A DNA stretch of 63,736 nt, counting the filler, from Pirum gemmata (lineage: Eukaryota): assembly GCA_002812295.1 (NCBI GenBank). It is 13 parts of 13 records of this genome, joined end to end, with 100 filler letters (N's around TTAATTAATTAA, not from the genome) between each part and the next. Parts side by side here need not be neighbours in the genome. Positions count along the whole stretch, not along the records: positions 48,887 to 53,509 come from PDIN01000982.1; positions 53,610 to 58,271 come from PDIN01000983.1; positions 58,372 to 63,736 come from PDIN01000984.1; 10 more parts are not named here. One strand, given 5' to 3'. The notes below the pieces were generated by a model, which did no database searches, had not been told where the DNA came from, and saw only the letters and a program-made list of their open reading frames with translations. Numbering within the stretch: the first letter of the stretch is position 1; every line of letters starts with the position of its first letter. Shown in pieces: positions 52,201 through 63,736 of this stretch. The translations under genes and the position numbers were made by a program.

Positions 52201-52903
52201 GGGGGGGGGTTGCTTTCTAATTATGGCAATTTTTATTTTTTTTATATTTTTTTTAGTGGTTTGATGTAGTTTTTTTTCTCTTTTTGGAACATAAATCAAC
52301 ACAAATGATACGTCATCATAAAAAAATACACCCGTCTGTCAGAGTCTATATATATTGTGGATAATTTGACCAATAAATATGAATAATTGGACTGAATTTT
52401 TTTCTGACAGGGACACTTTTATTTTGTTATGTATGATAAAAAAAAAATCAATAAAAAGTCTTTTTGCTAAAAAAACGGCTGTGATCAAAGTTGAAGACTT
52501 CTTGAAGTCTTTGGTTACAAAAAGTAAAAAAAAGCCGCAAAAGCCACAAAAAACGAAAATGCTATCAAGAACTTTTTTCGAAGTCCTTGCTACTAGTTTG
52601 CTAATGCAGTTCTAATGCTGATAATAGATTGAAAACAACCTTTTTTTAAAAAATTAAAAACTAAAAAACTAAACACACAAACTAGTCCAGACTATAGCTA
52701 GTTGATAAACTTTTATAAATTAAAAACGCAACAATCAAAACTGAAATTTGCTATAAAAAGGTAAGAAATTACTGATAAAAAAAAAAAAAAATAAAAAATC
52801 AAAATTAAAATAAAAACTACAAAATTTAAAGATAAAACAGAATATATATATAATAGCAATAATCAAAGTTATTTTAATTAAATATTTATAAAATCAAACA
52901 AAA

Positions 52904-53509
52904 ATGGCTTCTTCTATCGCAAAAAGTGTAGTTTTACTTGCTGGTATCGCAGCTGGCAACAACAACAACCAGTACCAGTGCCAAACAAATGGAAAGCACA
53001 CTCTTACCACAGGAACTTTTGACCAACTTCAAGTTAGCAATGGCTGTACACTTGACCTTTCATCAGGTGTTTCGCTTTCTGGTCAAATTCAAATCCAGGG
53101 CAGTTCCTCTTTAACTATTCAAGACAGCAAAATCGCCAAAGGAACACACTTCGGCCTTCAAAACGCTGGTCAACTAACCATCACTGCTCCGATTACTGCT
53201 AGCGATATACAAGTGTCATGTCAAAATCAAGCCAAAGCTACATTAAATGGGAAAAACATCTGTGGCTCAGGTCCAGCACCACCTTCTGGTCATCAATACC
53301 AATGCCAAACTAATGGAAAACACACTCTTACAACAGGAACCTTTGACCAACTTCAAGTTGACAATGGCTGTGCACTTGATCTTTCATCAGGTGTTTCGCT
53401 TTCTGGTCAGATTCAAATCCAGGGCAGTTCATCTTTAACTATTCAAGACAGCAAAATTGCTAAAGGAACACAATTTGGTCTTCAAAACAACGCCCATTTA
53501 GACATTACT
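52904..53509 (+). CDS. Secreted protein with 108-aa tandem repeats (beta-solenoid-like), 3' truncated by contig end
   Basis: AAAATGG start after a TATA-like run; hydrophobic N-terminus; QYQCQTNGKHTLTTGTFDQLQV recurs at aa 23 and 131 with synonymous differences; no intron in the visible part. Confidence 0.85.
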
Positions 53510-54459
53510 NNNNNNNNNNNNNNNNNNNNNNNNNNNNNNNNNNNNNNNNNNNNTTAATTAATTAANNNNNNNNNNNNNNNNNNNNNNNNNNNNNNNNNNN
53601 NNNNNNNNNGTTACTCCCAATATTTATTTGGAGGGTTATAATCTTTAAACTGTCATTTTTAAATCAATAAATAGATAATAAAATATACCAAATTAAATTA
53701 AAGGGGTTTATATTTTATTAATTTGGCACTATTTATTGTATACTTTATAATGACAAAACAACTGAAAAGTACTATATGACATCTGTATTATGACATCGTA
53801 TGAGTATGACCGTATGATATGGTGCATTGCGTCTAAGATTCCCCAACTTTTTGGGATATAGTAATAATAATATTCAATTTCGAATATACAAATTTAGTAT
53901 GTTCGAAATATTCGAGCCGCCAGAAAAAATTTGGCCACTTTTCAAAAGTTGGTAAATGTTAGGCGTATTGCACGGGGAAATTTGCACCATACCTCGATAT
54001 CTTCAGAAAACAAAAAAGAATTTCCTTTTTTTAAAAAAGGAAATATATATTAACAATTTGCTTAATTTAGTAAGTTAAACAACTAAAATGGTACTAAAGG
54101 CAAATGGGAAAAGAAATTAAAGAATATCGATTACGATGTCTTTTTGATTACAATGTATGGCTGTGGCAAGTGCTAGGTGGGAAGTGGGAGAATCTACTAC
54201 CATATATAGGCTACTAGTAGCTAGTAGGCTACTAGCTAGTCTTACTAATCTACTGATTCTGGCTATAGCCAGATAGCAATGATAGGCTACTGATTAGGGA
54301 GGGACTAGCTAACTAGTCTGTCTGGCATCTAGTTAGCTATGTGTGATAATATCATAATATTATCATAGTGGTGTCGCTGTTCAGGAAAAAGCTAAAATGT
54401 TCCCCAAAGATGTAAAAACTTGTAAGTGTAAAAACTCTTGAAAAACTTAATGTATTACT

Positions 54460-54470
54460 ATTACTACTAT

Positions 54471-54522
<52 letters not shown>

Positions 54523-54625
54523 GCTGCTACTTCTACTACTACTACTACTACTATTACTATTACTACTACTATTACTACTACTACTATTACTATCACTACT
54601 GCCACTATCACTACTACTACTACTA
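54460..54625. repeat. (TAC)n microsatellite
   Basis: Direct reading; explains poly-Y/S/V ORFs. Confidence 0.95.
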
Positions 54626-55049
54626 AGGACTGATTTATAAATAAAAATACAATGTACAATCAACCATGGCCAGCGAAATTAAAGAATAAATTCCGAATAC
54701 AACAACAACAACAACTTTAATTAATATTAATTAACAGCACTGACAATGTCAACAATACCAAACCTAACTGTGGCACCACAACAACAAGCTTGGCCATGAC
54801 ATTGTGTAAAACGTTTTAATAGTAGTAGTAGTAGTAGTAGTACGAATTCAAAAATAATTAAAAAATAAATGTTATTTTATTTATCAAAACACACCCGTAA
54901 AAATCTATTGTATTTTACGTACTAAATTGTGTGTGTTAAATTTAATTTCAAAAGAATTACTAAATTTAATTATACCTCGATAGAAAATTGCTAATTAATA
55001 CTAATTTTTTAATATATTTTGGGTAAGAATAATATTACATTGACAACTT

Positions 55050-56576
55050 TTAATGAAAAGCTCTGTGTTCCAACATCATATCATTTTCTGGACGAAGACC
55101 TATAAGAGCGCGGAAGATATTGTTCATAGCAGTACGTTGTGCTCCCAAAGCGTTGACAACTGGAGTTCCTTTCGGTACTAAAGGTGCTTTCAACATGTAG
55201 GAAAGAATAGATAGAACTGAATTAAATGAATCGAAATCTTCCATTTCATTAGTTTTGAATTGAACACGAGTCATCAATTCAGTAACTATAGCTAAATCGA
55301 TAATTAAAGGAGAAGCAAGAAGAGAATCTTCGCAAGTGTTGTGCATGGAGATTGTTTGTTTTCCACCCATAAAGATCTCAGAAACGTATTCATCTAAAGC
55401 ACGTTTGGAATCACCTACATTTGGAACGTATTTAATAACAACAACGTGATCAGGATGTTCACCTTCTTTGTACAAGATTCTGTTGGATGCTACCATATCA
55501 TCAACAACGTTGGATTTAGAAATTTCTTTAGATCTGAATTGCTTTGGGGAAGACAAGTTAAAACCATCATTGTTACCTAAGTGATTGTATGATGTGATAG
55601 CTGTTGGTTTGATACCAGCGTTAACCATAAAGTCAACTAAAACAGATTTCATTTTGGTTTGTCCAGATTTAAAGTCATCACCACCAATATGTACACGATG
55701 TTTTTCAGCTAATTCTTGAACTCCACCAACAAAAGTGTTTTGCGGAGAACCATTGATAAATGGTGTGTTTTCAAGAATACAAGCAACAGCAAAAACAGTA
55801 GAAGGTGAAACTTCGGAGTGCCCAGTTTTTATGCTTTCCAATAAGTTTTCGGCAGTGTCATTCATACCTGGGATGATATCAGCAAAACGTTCAGTGTTTG
55901 CTGTCCATAATACAATGATTTTATCAAGACCGTTATTAGCTTTAAAGTCACGGATATCTTTACGGATTTTTTCCAAGTGGTCTTGTTTAGATCCAGAAAG
56001 AATGTTATCAGCACGATCACCTTGGTTGGCAGCAATAAAGTCGGGGTAATAGATGGAGGGTAAAGGGATCATTTCTTTCATTTGTGGGTATAATTGACGT
56101 TGAAGGTCAGGTTCCAAAACTTTGGATCTTTCCATAGTATCACCAAGATTCATGGAACTGATATCCCAGCCACCAATAACCATATCGTTAGGGTGAACCA
56201 TAGGTACAACGTTATGAAATGGAATGTGAACATCTTTTCCTTTGTTATCTTGTCCAAGCTTAACAGTGGAAGCCATCATCAAAGAACCAAAATAATTTGC
56301 TTCTTGAGTGCCTTCACGAGTTTTCCAACTCATTTTTTCTTTGTTAGCTAAAATAGACGCAGTAAGAGTGGAACCGTTGTTACCACCCCAACCAACCAAC
56401 ATCAGACCCATTTTCGGAACCTTCGTGTTGGTTTTAAAAGTGTATTCAGTGGAAACTGGGGTAGCGTTTAAAGTTCCATCTTCATTTGTTTCAACTTTAG
56501 TTGATTCATAAGCAAAAGTAGAAGTGATAACATCTTCGTTGTATTCAACGTTAGGGGAGTTTACTTTGACGAACAT
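55050..56576 (-). CDS. INO1: myo-inositol-1-phosphate synthase, complete, intronless CDS (508 aa)
   Basis: Conserved motifs [48 protein letters not shown]. Confidence 0.98.
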   Translation of the reverse strand: MFVKVNSPNVEYNEDVITSTFAYESTKVETNEDGTLNATPVSTEYTFKTNTKVPKMGLMLVGWGGNNGSTLTASILANKEKMSWKTREGTQEANYFGSLMMASTVKLGQDNKGKDVHIPFHNVVPMVHPNDMVIGGWDISSMNLGDTMERSKVLEPDLQRQLYPQMKEMIPLPSIYYPDFIAANQGDRADNILSGSKQDHLEKIRKDIRDFKANNGLDKIIVLWTANTERFADIIPGMNDTAENLLESIKTGHSEVSPSTVFAVACILENTPFINGSPQNTFVGGVQELAEKHRVHIGGDDFKSGQTKMKSVLVDFMVNAGIKPTAITSYNHLGNNDGFNLSSPKQFRSKEISKSNVVDDMVASNRILYKEGEHPDHVVVIKYVPNVGDSKRALDEYVSEIFMGGKQTISMHNTCEDSLLASPLIIDLAIVTELMTRVQFKTNEMEDFDSFNSVLSILSYMLKAPLVPKGTPVVNALGAQRTAMNNIFRALIGLRPENDMMLEHRAFH

Positions 56577-56674
56577 GGTTACTAATAAAGAAAATAAATG
56601 TTAATGTAAATAAATTATTAATTAATTTTTTTTTTTTTTAATTAATTAAACGGTATTTTTAACTTTTTATATAT

Positions 56675-56748
<74 letters not shown>

Positions 56749-58422
56749 AGAATGAAACAATGAACCAAAAAAAGAAAGGTTTTTTTTTTTTCTAAGGAAC
56801 CTCTAGCTAGCTACACAGCCTACACTACTAGTAAAGTAGCTAGCCTAGAAACCTCTACTAGTAGCTAGACCGTCTACTCTAGCTAGCTAGTAGTAGTCCA
56901 CAGTTTTAGTCCAACTTTATGTCACATCAAGGGGTAGGTAGGTAGGTACTATTTGACCAGAAATTAACATCGAGGGGTAGGTAGGTAGGGGTATTTGAAG
57001 CTGTATTTGACACAATTTGACCAGAAATTGGCCTTAGTCCCCAAGGACTGGGTCAGTAGTAGTAGCACTAGCTAGTTAGGTAGAGTTTACTGGTAGGTAC
57101 CAGCTACCCTCAAAGGTTACCATTGTAATAATATACTATAATATAATAATTATTGTAATAGATGTGTGTTTGAGTGTATAATTATATAGAGCAGAAGCAG
57201 TGTGAGCCCTCCCAAATTCGAATCTGGAAGGTGAAACTAGTTTCCAAAGCTTACAAAAAACGATAGAGATGACTAGAGTGATATTAAAACTGTAATAAGA
57301 TGATTGATATTTTTAAAAAAAACAATGAAATTTTAACTATGTCTTTAGAACAAACAAGCATAAAAAATTTAATATTGATAATGATATTAATATCAAAAAC
57401 TTTTTTTTATTCATTCTTTTTTTTAAAAAAAATTGGTTAGCACAAAGATGAGAGACAATGTGCTTTTCCTATTTAATTTATAATTCTAATAATAACCATG
57501 GATATAATTTATATTTATACCGTAGTGTCATTGTTTAGTATAATAAGAACATAATTTATATAAATAATATAAGTAATGTCATAATAGACCACACAATGGT
57601 TACTTGTAGAAAGAGAAAGAAAATAACAGCGCTGTTTTATATTTTAATATCGTAATTAAAAAATATTAAAATTATATCATCGCCATAACACATATCTTGC
57701 TGAAAATAATAAAAAGTAGCTGAGTTTTGTTATGTCAGAATAAAGGATTAGAATTCGAAGGGAGGATTAGAGGATTACAGCATTATAATAAAAAAATTAG
57801 AGAGTGAGGCAACCAATGTAATTATATGACTACATGACATTGCACAGTTTTTTAATTTATAAAAGTTGTAAAAATTAATCATTAATTTTAATTAATAAAT
57901 TATTTTTTGATTATATTAAATTTTGTTGATTTATTTTGTTATGATCATGAGTAATGTATAAGTTGAGGGACTGTCCTACCACAAGGTATAATCTATGATT
58001 CGCAGTTGTATTGTTCGTTTTGCGTATTGGTGGGAACATTAAATACCTTATAGTAACACAAGGTATAATCTATGGAAACGTAGCTGTATTGTAAGTTTTA
58101 TATGTTGATATGGTAATAATTTCTTGACAATATTTAATTAATTAATAACCGATGTTGGTGGGCACCGGGGGTGGTCGGATAAAACTATAAAATTCATTTT
58201 TTAGTAATAATAGTTAGAATGGGGGTGGGGGTTATGGTTAGAGGGTTAGGGTTAGGGTTAGGGTTAGGGTTNNNNNNNNNNNNNNNNNNNNNNNNNNNNN
58301 NNNNNNNNNNNNNNNTTAATTAATTAANNNNNNNNNNNNNNNNNNNNNNNNNNNNNNNNNNNNNNNNNNNNGTCATTTCAATCATTTTCCCTTTCATTTT
58401 ATTATTATTATTATTATTCTAG

Positions 58423-61400
58423 GGTTATCAAATATTTTCACCATTGGGTAAGTGAATATTTCATAGATTTCAAAGAAAGCCAAAAACTACTCAATGATGT
58501 AATAAGGTCAGTGAATTTTGTTGTTGTAGGTAATATGCTAAAAAAATAAAATAATAATAATAAGGAACTTGCACTTATCATAATCCATTTTTTGTTTTTG
58601 TTTTTGATTGGTAGATTTTGTGAAATATTAGAAAATGATAAGTACTTTGATTATGCCCAGGATTTAAATGAAGGTTATTTTTTACTTATTGCATTGCACT
58701 GCTTTTTTTTATTCTTTAAATTTCTATACGTGCTTTCATTCATTTCAAATTGTATTTTTGTTTTCTACCCATTTTTTTTTTTACTAATACCCTCCCCTTT
58801 TTTCTTTTTTTATTTATAAAACTATTTCTACATTTAAATATTAATGTTAGTACTGCATACAGAACTAGAACAATTAGAAAAAGCTCACCAAAGAAAAAAA
58901 TCGGAAGAACTTAGTGTTAGTATATTATTTATTTGTTTATTTATTTATTTATTTTTTATCTGTTATTGTTCGTTATTAGATGAAATGGTTGCTTTCTTCT
59001 TTATTCTCTTGTCCTTAATTAATACTTAATTTTACCGTTTACTACCATTATTTCACTCGTTGTCGCTGTTGTTTTCATTACCGATATCATCTAATTATTA
59101 TATTATGTTATAGAAAAGCCCAATGAGTCCGAAGCCCTTTTCTATTAATGTAAGTTTTTATAGAGTGAAATGTATTATTATTATTATTATTATTATTANC
59201 ACTAACGCTAACGCTAACGCTAACGCTAACGCTAACCCTAACCCTAACCCTAACGCTAACGCTAACCTTAATCCTGACCCTAATCCTGACCCTAATCCTA
59301 ACGCTAACGCTAACGCTAACGCTAACGCTAACGCTAACCCTAATCCTTACCCTAACCCCTAACCCCTAACCCTAACCCCTAACCCCTAACCCTAACCCCT
59401 AACCCCTAACCCCTAACCGTAACCGTAACCCTAACCCCAACCTTAGCTTAAGCTCTTACCCTAACCCTAACCCTAACCCTAACACTACCCTCCTAACTCC
59501 CTTAACCCCTAATCCCTAACCTCAGCAGCCCCCAAATCATTAATCCCCATCAAATATAACCTTCTATATATACCAAAAAATGTAAAAATTAAAGACCGCG
59601 GGAGATATGCACATTTTAAATGCGGTAGAAAACATAGATAAACATCAAGTGGATGATGTAATTGATTCTTTATTCCCTAGCTGGAAAGTCTGTCTTAAGT
59701 TGGAGGATTTTTCTGTACGTTTTTTAATATATTTTTATTGTTTTTAAAATTACTCACAATGCCTTTCTTCAACTTCAGGGAGACCTCTTATTTTCATATG
59801 TTTATTGTTCTGTTGTGTCGTCATGGTTTATTCACCCTAACCCCTACCCTCTAACCCCTAACTCTAACCCCTAACCTTAACCCCTAACCTCAACTCCTAA
59901 CCTTAACCCATAGTTCTAACCCTAACTCTAACCCCTAACCTTAACCCCTAACCTCAACCCCTAACCTTAACCCCTAACCTCAACCTCTAACCTTAACCCA
60001 TAGTTCTAATTGCTAATTAAAAAAAAAGAAATTTAAATACAAAACAAAATTTTACTTTTTACCTTATTTAAGTGTGAGATATACTAAAATAAAACTGTGT
60101 TTTGTAAAATAACTACCCTAACCTTAACCCTAGTTATCATCATTACTATCGCTATCATTACTGATTTAACTTTACAGGAAGAAGCCGAATTAGAAAAAGA
60201 CTCATCAAGATATACTAGGTTTCGTACTGTGAGTATACGGTCTCCAAAAAGTGCTGCTGCTATTGCAACACCGTCATTACCTTCTCTGACAGGACGTATT
60301 TTTTTTTTCGAAACCTAAACCTAAACCTAAACCTTAACCTTAACCTAAACCTAAACCCAAACCTTAACCTTAACCTAAACCTAAACCTAAACCTTAACCT
60401 TAACCTAAACCTAAACCCTAAACCTATATCTAAATCTAAACCTAACCCTGAACCTAACCCAACCCTAACCCCAACCTCTATCGCTATCTACTACAACATC
60501 CATCGCTTCAGGTGGTAACTCTATTATACAACCCAACCCTTACCATCAGTAACTTTTACTTTGCTCTTATCCTATATTCATTTAAGAGTGTAATAATGAC
60601 ACTGTTTATATATCAATTTTGTATATATATATATATTAGTTGAAGAGTATAATGACAATATCAGTTAGTTGTATTTTAATTTTATTTTACAATATCAATT
60701 TGTTGTATTTACTTTAGCTAATATATTTGGTTTCGACCCACTCTAGTCGTATAATGAGAGATTTTATCATAATATATATATATATATATATATCAATTTC
60801 GTTGTATAGGGCGAAGACCTTCCTTACCCACTTTATATTCTACCAGTGAAAGAAGACCATCTGTTACAATTCAATTACCACAAAGTCCACAACTATCCCA
60901 TGTTCATAGTAACGGAGTTCAAAGCAACCGAGTAAATGATTATGTTGTTGGTTGAATAATTTATTAATATATTATTTTGGATGTTTATTTTGTTTTCCTT
61001 TATTTTATTTTATTTTATTTTATTTTATTTTATTTTATTAATTTTATTAATTTTTATTTTTATTTTTTTATTTTATTTATTATAATTTTTTTTTAAACAT
61101 ATATTTTTATATTTTATTTTTTTAATTTTTTTTTATTTAACTTTTTTCCTGTTTTTTCATTTTATTTTTTATTTTATTATTATTTTATCATTATTGTGAC
61201 AGGACTCCTTAGATTCAGAAAATAGTAAGCGGTTAATGAAAATAAAAACTTATAGTCACTCTGAAGATGAAGCGTAATTTTTTTATTTTCACTAAATAAC
61301 TTATTTATTCGGTCTATGATATCGCTCTTAAGTTTGTTATAATATCATTATTAATATATTATCAGCATTTGGGTTAGGATTAAGGTTAGGGTCGGGGTTA

Positions 61401-63693
61401 GGGTCAGGGTTAGGGCTAGAGTTAGAGGTAGAGAAAAAGTTAGAGCTAGGGTTAGGGCCAAGGCTAGGGTTAGGGCCAAGGCTAGGGTTAGAGTTAGTGT
61501 TAGGGTTACCGTTTATATAAAATTATGAAAATATTAATTTATTACAAAAAATCTTGATATTTGGCAAAAATAAATACTAAGTGGCGAAGAAACGGATGTG
61601 TGTGATCTTAATTTTTTCGAAAAAGTAAAATTAAATGGTTCCCCATCACTTATGAAAAAAAAATCCGTTTCAACTGACTGTCTTCAATCTTTCGAAAGTA
61701 GCAATGAAACCATAGTATCAGTGTTTTTACCTTTTTCTATGAGAGTCAAAGTTCAGATAGATTCCAAAAAAATAAATTATAAAGAGTTACTGGAAAAAAT
61801 TGTTGTTCCTGCCAAATGTTTAAAACTAGGTGATTATATTTATAATGATTTGTTATGTTATATTACGATTAACCTTTTTTTAATGTAACCCTTATAATGA
61901 TTTGTTATGTTATATTACAATTTTTTTTTTTTTTTATTTATTCTACAACCCTAATCCTAACCCTAACCCGAACTTTAATTGTAATAGAATCATGGTACTT
62001 GTATATAAAAATCTAGGTGATTATTTATAATGGTTTGTCTTGTTGTATTGTAACCCTATCCTTAACCTAACCCTTACCCTTACCCTAACCCTAACCCTAA
62101 CCCTAACCCTAACCCTAACCCTAACCCTAACCCTAACCCATTTTACTATTGGTTGTGTATATTTTCTACATTTTACATCAATGACCTTTAATTGCAATAT
62201 AATTATGATACTTGTTTATATATAAAACTAGGTGATTATTTATAATAATTTTTCCTTGTTGTATTGTAATCCTAACCCTAATCCTAACCCTTTTCTAAAT
62301 TATACATCACTGCCGTTTAATTATAATGAAACTTTGTATACATAAGGTGATTATTTATAATTCTTTTCCTTGATGTATTGTTATTATAAAAGCTTATTTA
62401 AATTAATTATATAAATATCTTTTTTAAATTATACATCACTGACATTTCATCGTAATATAATTATGATACTTGTATACAGAAATCTTTAAGTTTTATAATT
62501 CAAAAACAGACAAAGTAATGGAATGGGATTCTTATGTAACAGGAACTCTGGTATTGGAAATCGTAGATATCGAAGAATGTATGTAATGGAGTAAACTACT
62601 GTTGTATTAAGTTGCAATAAGTTGTATTGTATATATATTAATTGTTGGAGTTATATAGATGTGTGCTTTTGATTTTATGAATTTATTTCGATATTAATAT
62701 TATTTTTCTGATTAAATGTTTTGTTGTTTTGTTGTTTTGTTGTTTTGTTGTTTTGTTGTTTTGTTGTTTTGTTGTTTTGTTTTGTTGTTTTGTTTTGTTT
62801 TGTTGTTTTGTTGTTTTGTTTTGTTTTGTTGTTTTGTTGTTTTGTTGTTTTGTTGTTTTGTTGTAAAATCCAAATTTCATATTTAAGAGTGAAAGTATTT
62901 TAATTTAGCGTATATATAATCATAGTAATAATGATGTATTTATTATGGTATTTGCTTACATAATTTTACTTTTTCTTTCCAGCGGATTTATTACCTATGT
63001 TAAACGATATGCTTATTTTTGAAGTATTAGATTTCGATGGGAATGTCGAATTAGAGCTACGAAAAGTAAAATCCAAGATAGAAGTAAGTAATTATTATTT
63101 TTATATTAGAAACATGAGGTCTAGGTATGAGGGAAACGCAGATGACGTCATAATTGTATTTTTAACTAACCCTTAACGCTAACCCCTAACGCTAACCCCT
63201 AACGCTAACCCCTAACGCTAACCCCTAACGCTAACCCCTAACGCTAACCCCTAACGCTAACCCCTAACGCTAACCCCTAACGCTAACCCCTAACGCTAAC
63301 CCCTAACGCTAACCCCTAACCTTAACCCTTTTGAATGATACAGTCGTAACAAAAAAAAACCTGTAATTATAAAACCATATTAACCCTTTGACCACATAAA
63401 AAGTAAAACATAAAAGTAAACGAAAACAAGAAATCATAGTATGAAATTATAAAACTTTATATAAAACTTTTAATGATATTAAGTGTAATACATAAAGGTA
63501 AAAATCACTTATAAAGTCGAAGTTAAAACTATAGTATAGCAATAATTCTAACAACTTTTTACTTTTGTAATATATAAGTATAAAAGTGGAAAATCTGATG
63601 CACTTATACGTCGTCTGGCCTCGGAATACCCTGTAGACTTGACCTATTTTGATACGATGGCATTAACATATCGAATATTTTCTACAGCTACAG
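58423..63693 (+). CDS. RasGEF-type signalling protein, 12 exons, partial at both ends: REM C-terminal part, Ser/Pro linker, RBD/RA-like domain, start of a second REM
   Basis: Exons 58423-58506, 58615-58673, 58851-58915, 59114-59149, 59595-59714, 60178-60295, 60810-60931, 61203-61273, 61582-61829, 62480-62578, 62983-63083, 63579-63693 join in phase with GT-AG and no stops; [16 protein letters not shown] (REM end), [14 protein letters not shown] (RBD-like), [28 protein letters not shown] (REM start). Confidence 0.82.
59199..60475 (+). repeat. Intronic telomere-like arrays (CGCTAA, CCCTAA, CCCCTAA, CCTAAA, CCTTAA variants)
   Basis: Arrays at 59199-59520, 59835-60000 and 60310-60475 lie in RasGEF introns 4-6. 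Confidence 0.9.
61830..62479 (+). repeat. Intron built from four tandem copies of itself
   Basis: Unit begins GTGATTAT(A)TTTATAAT and ends ..ATGATACTTGTATA..; unit starts at 61830, 62017, 62232, 62347. Confidence 0.85.
62715..62865. repeat. (TTTTGTTG)n intronic microsatellite
   Basis: Direct reading. Confidence 0.95.
63173..63328 (+). repeat. 13-mer telomere-variant array (TAACGCTAACCCC)n in RasGEF intron 11
   Basis: ~11 exact higher-order units alternating CGCTAA and CCCCTAA. Confidence 0.92.
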
Positions 63694-63736
63694 GTTTTAA
63701 TAATAATAATAATAATAATGACAGTAATAATAATAA

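Noticed and set aside
4690..58371. Regularly spaced TTAATTAATTAA motif as a biological repeat, and gene neighbourhood as a cluster
   Set aside because: Always centred in 44+44 Ns: an assembly linker. Adjacent contigs are unlinked, so no operon or system can be inferred from their order

Overview
Very AT-rich, intron-rich eukaryotic DNA (standard genetic code, TTAGGG-type repeats; taxon cannot be fixed from this window, gene content fits an opisthokont/holozoan-like protist, which is inference only). The window is not one locus. It is 13 unlinked contigs, mostly ~4.6 kb, joined by 12 artificial 100-nt spacers (44 N + TTAATTAATTAA + 44 N), so gene order across spacers means nothing. Genes found: two 5' exons of ABCF2, a GT61/EOGT-like last exon, a disrupted JMJD6-like exon, a decayed THAP + DDE_Tnp_4 transposase, a vWA + ~9x TSR-like adhesin exon, the 3' exons of an MST/Hippo-like STE20 kinase, a secreted 108-aa-repeat beta-solenoid-like protein, an INO1 with an intronless CDS, and 12 in-phase exons of a RasGEF-type gene (REM...RBD-REM). 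Non-coding DNA is a dense mix of at least nine short TIR (MITE-like) families with TA, TWA, TTAA and 8-bp target duplications, ~20 interstitial telomere-like arrays and microsatellites. Most notable signals: (1) a pervasive TA-[1-7 nt]-TA mosaic whose inserts fit a prefix/suffix grammar expected of iterated transposon excision footprints, with filled/empty site pairs visible; (2) an intron copied four times in tandem, leaving AG/GT ratchet-like junctions; (3) telomeric repeats inside introns and elements, and used as a Harbinger target.
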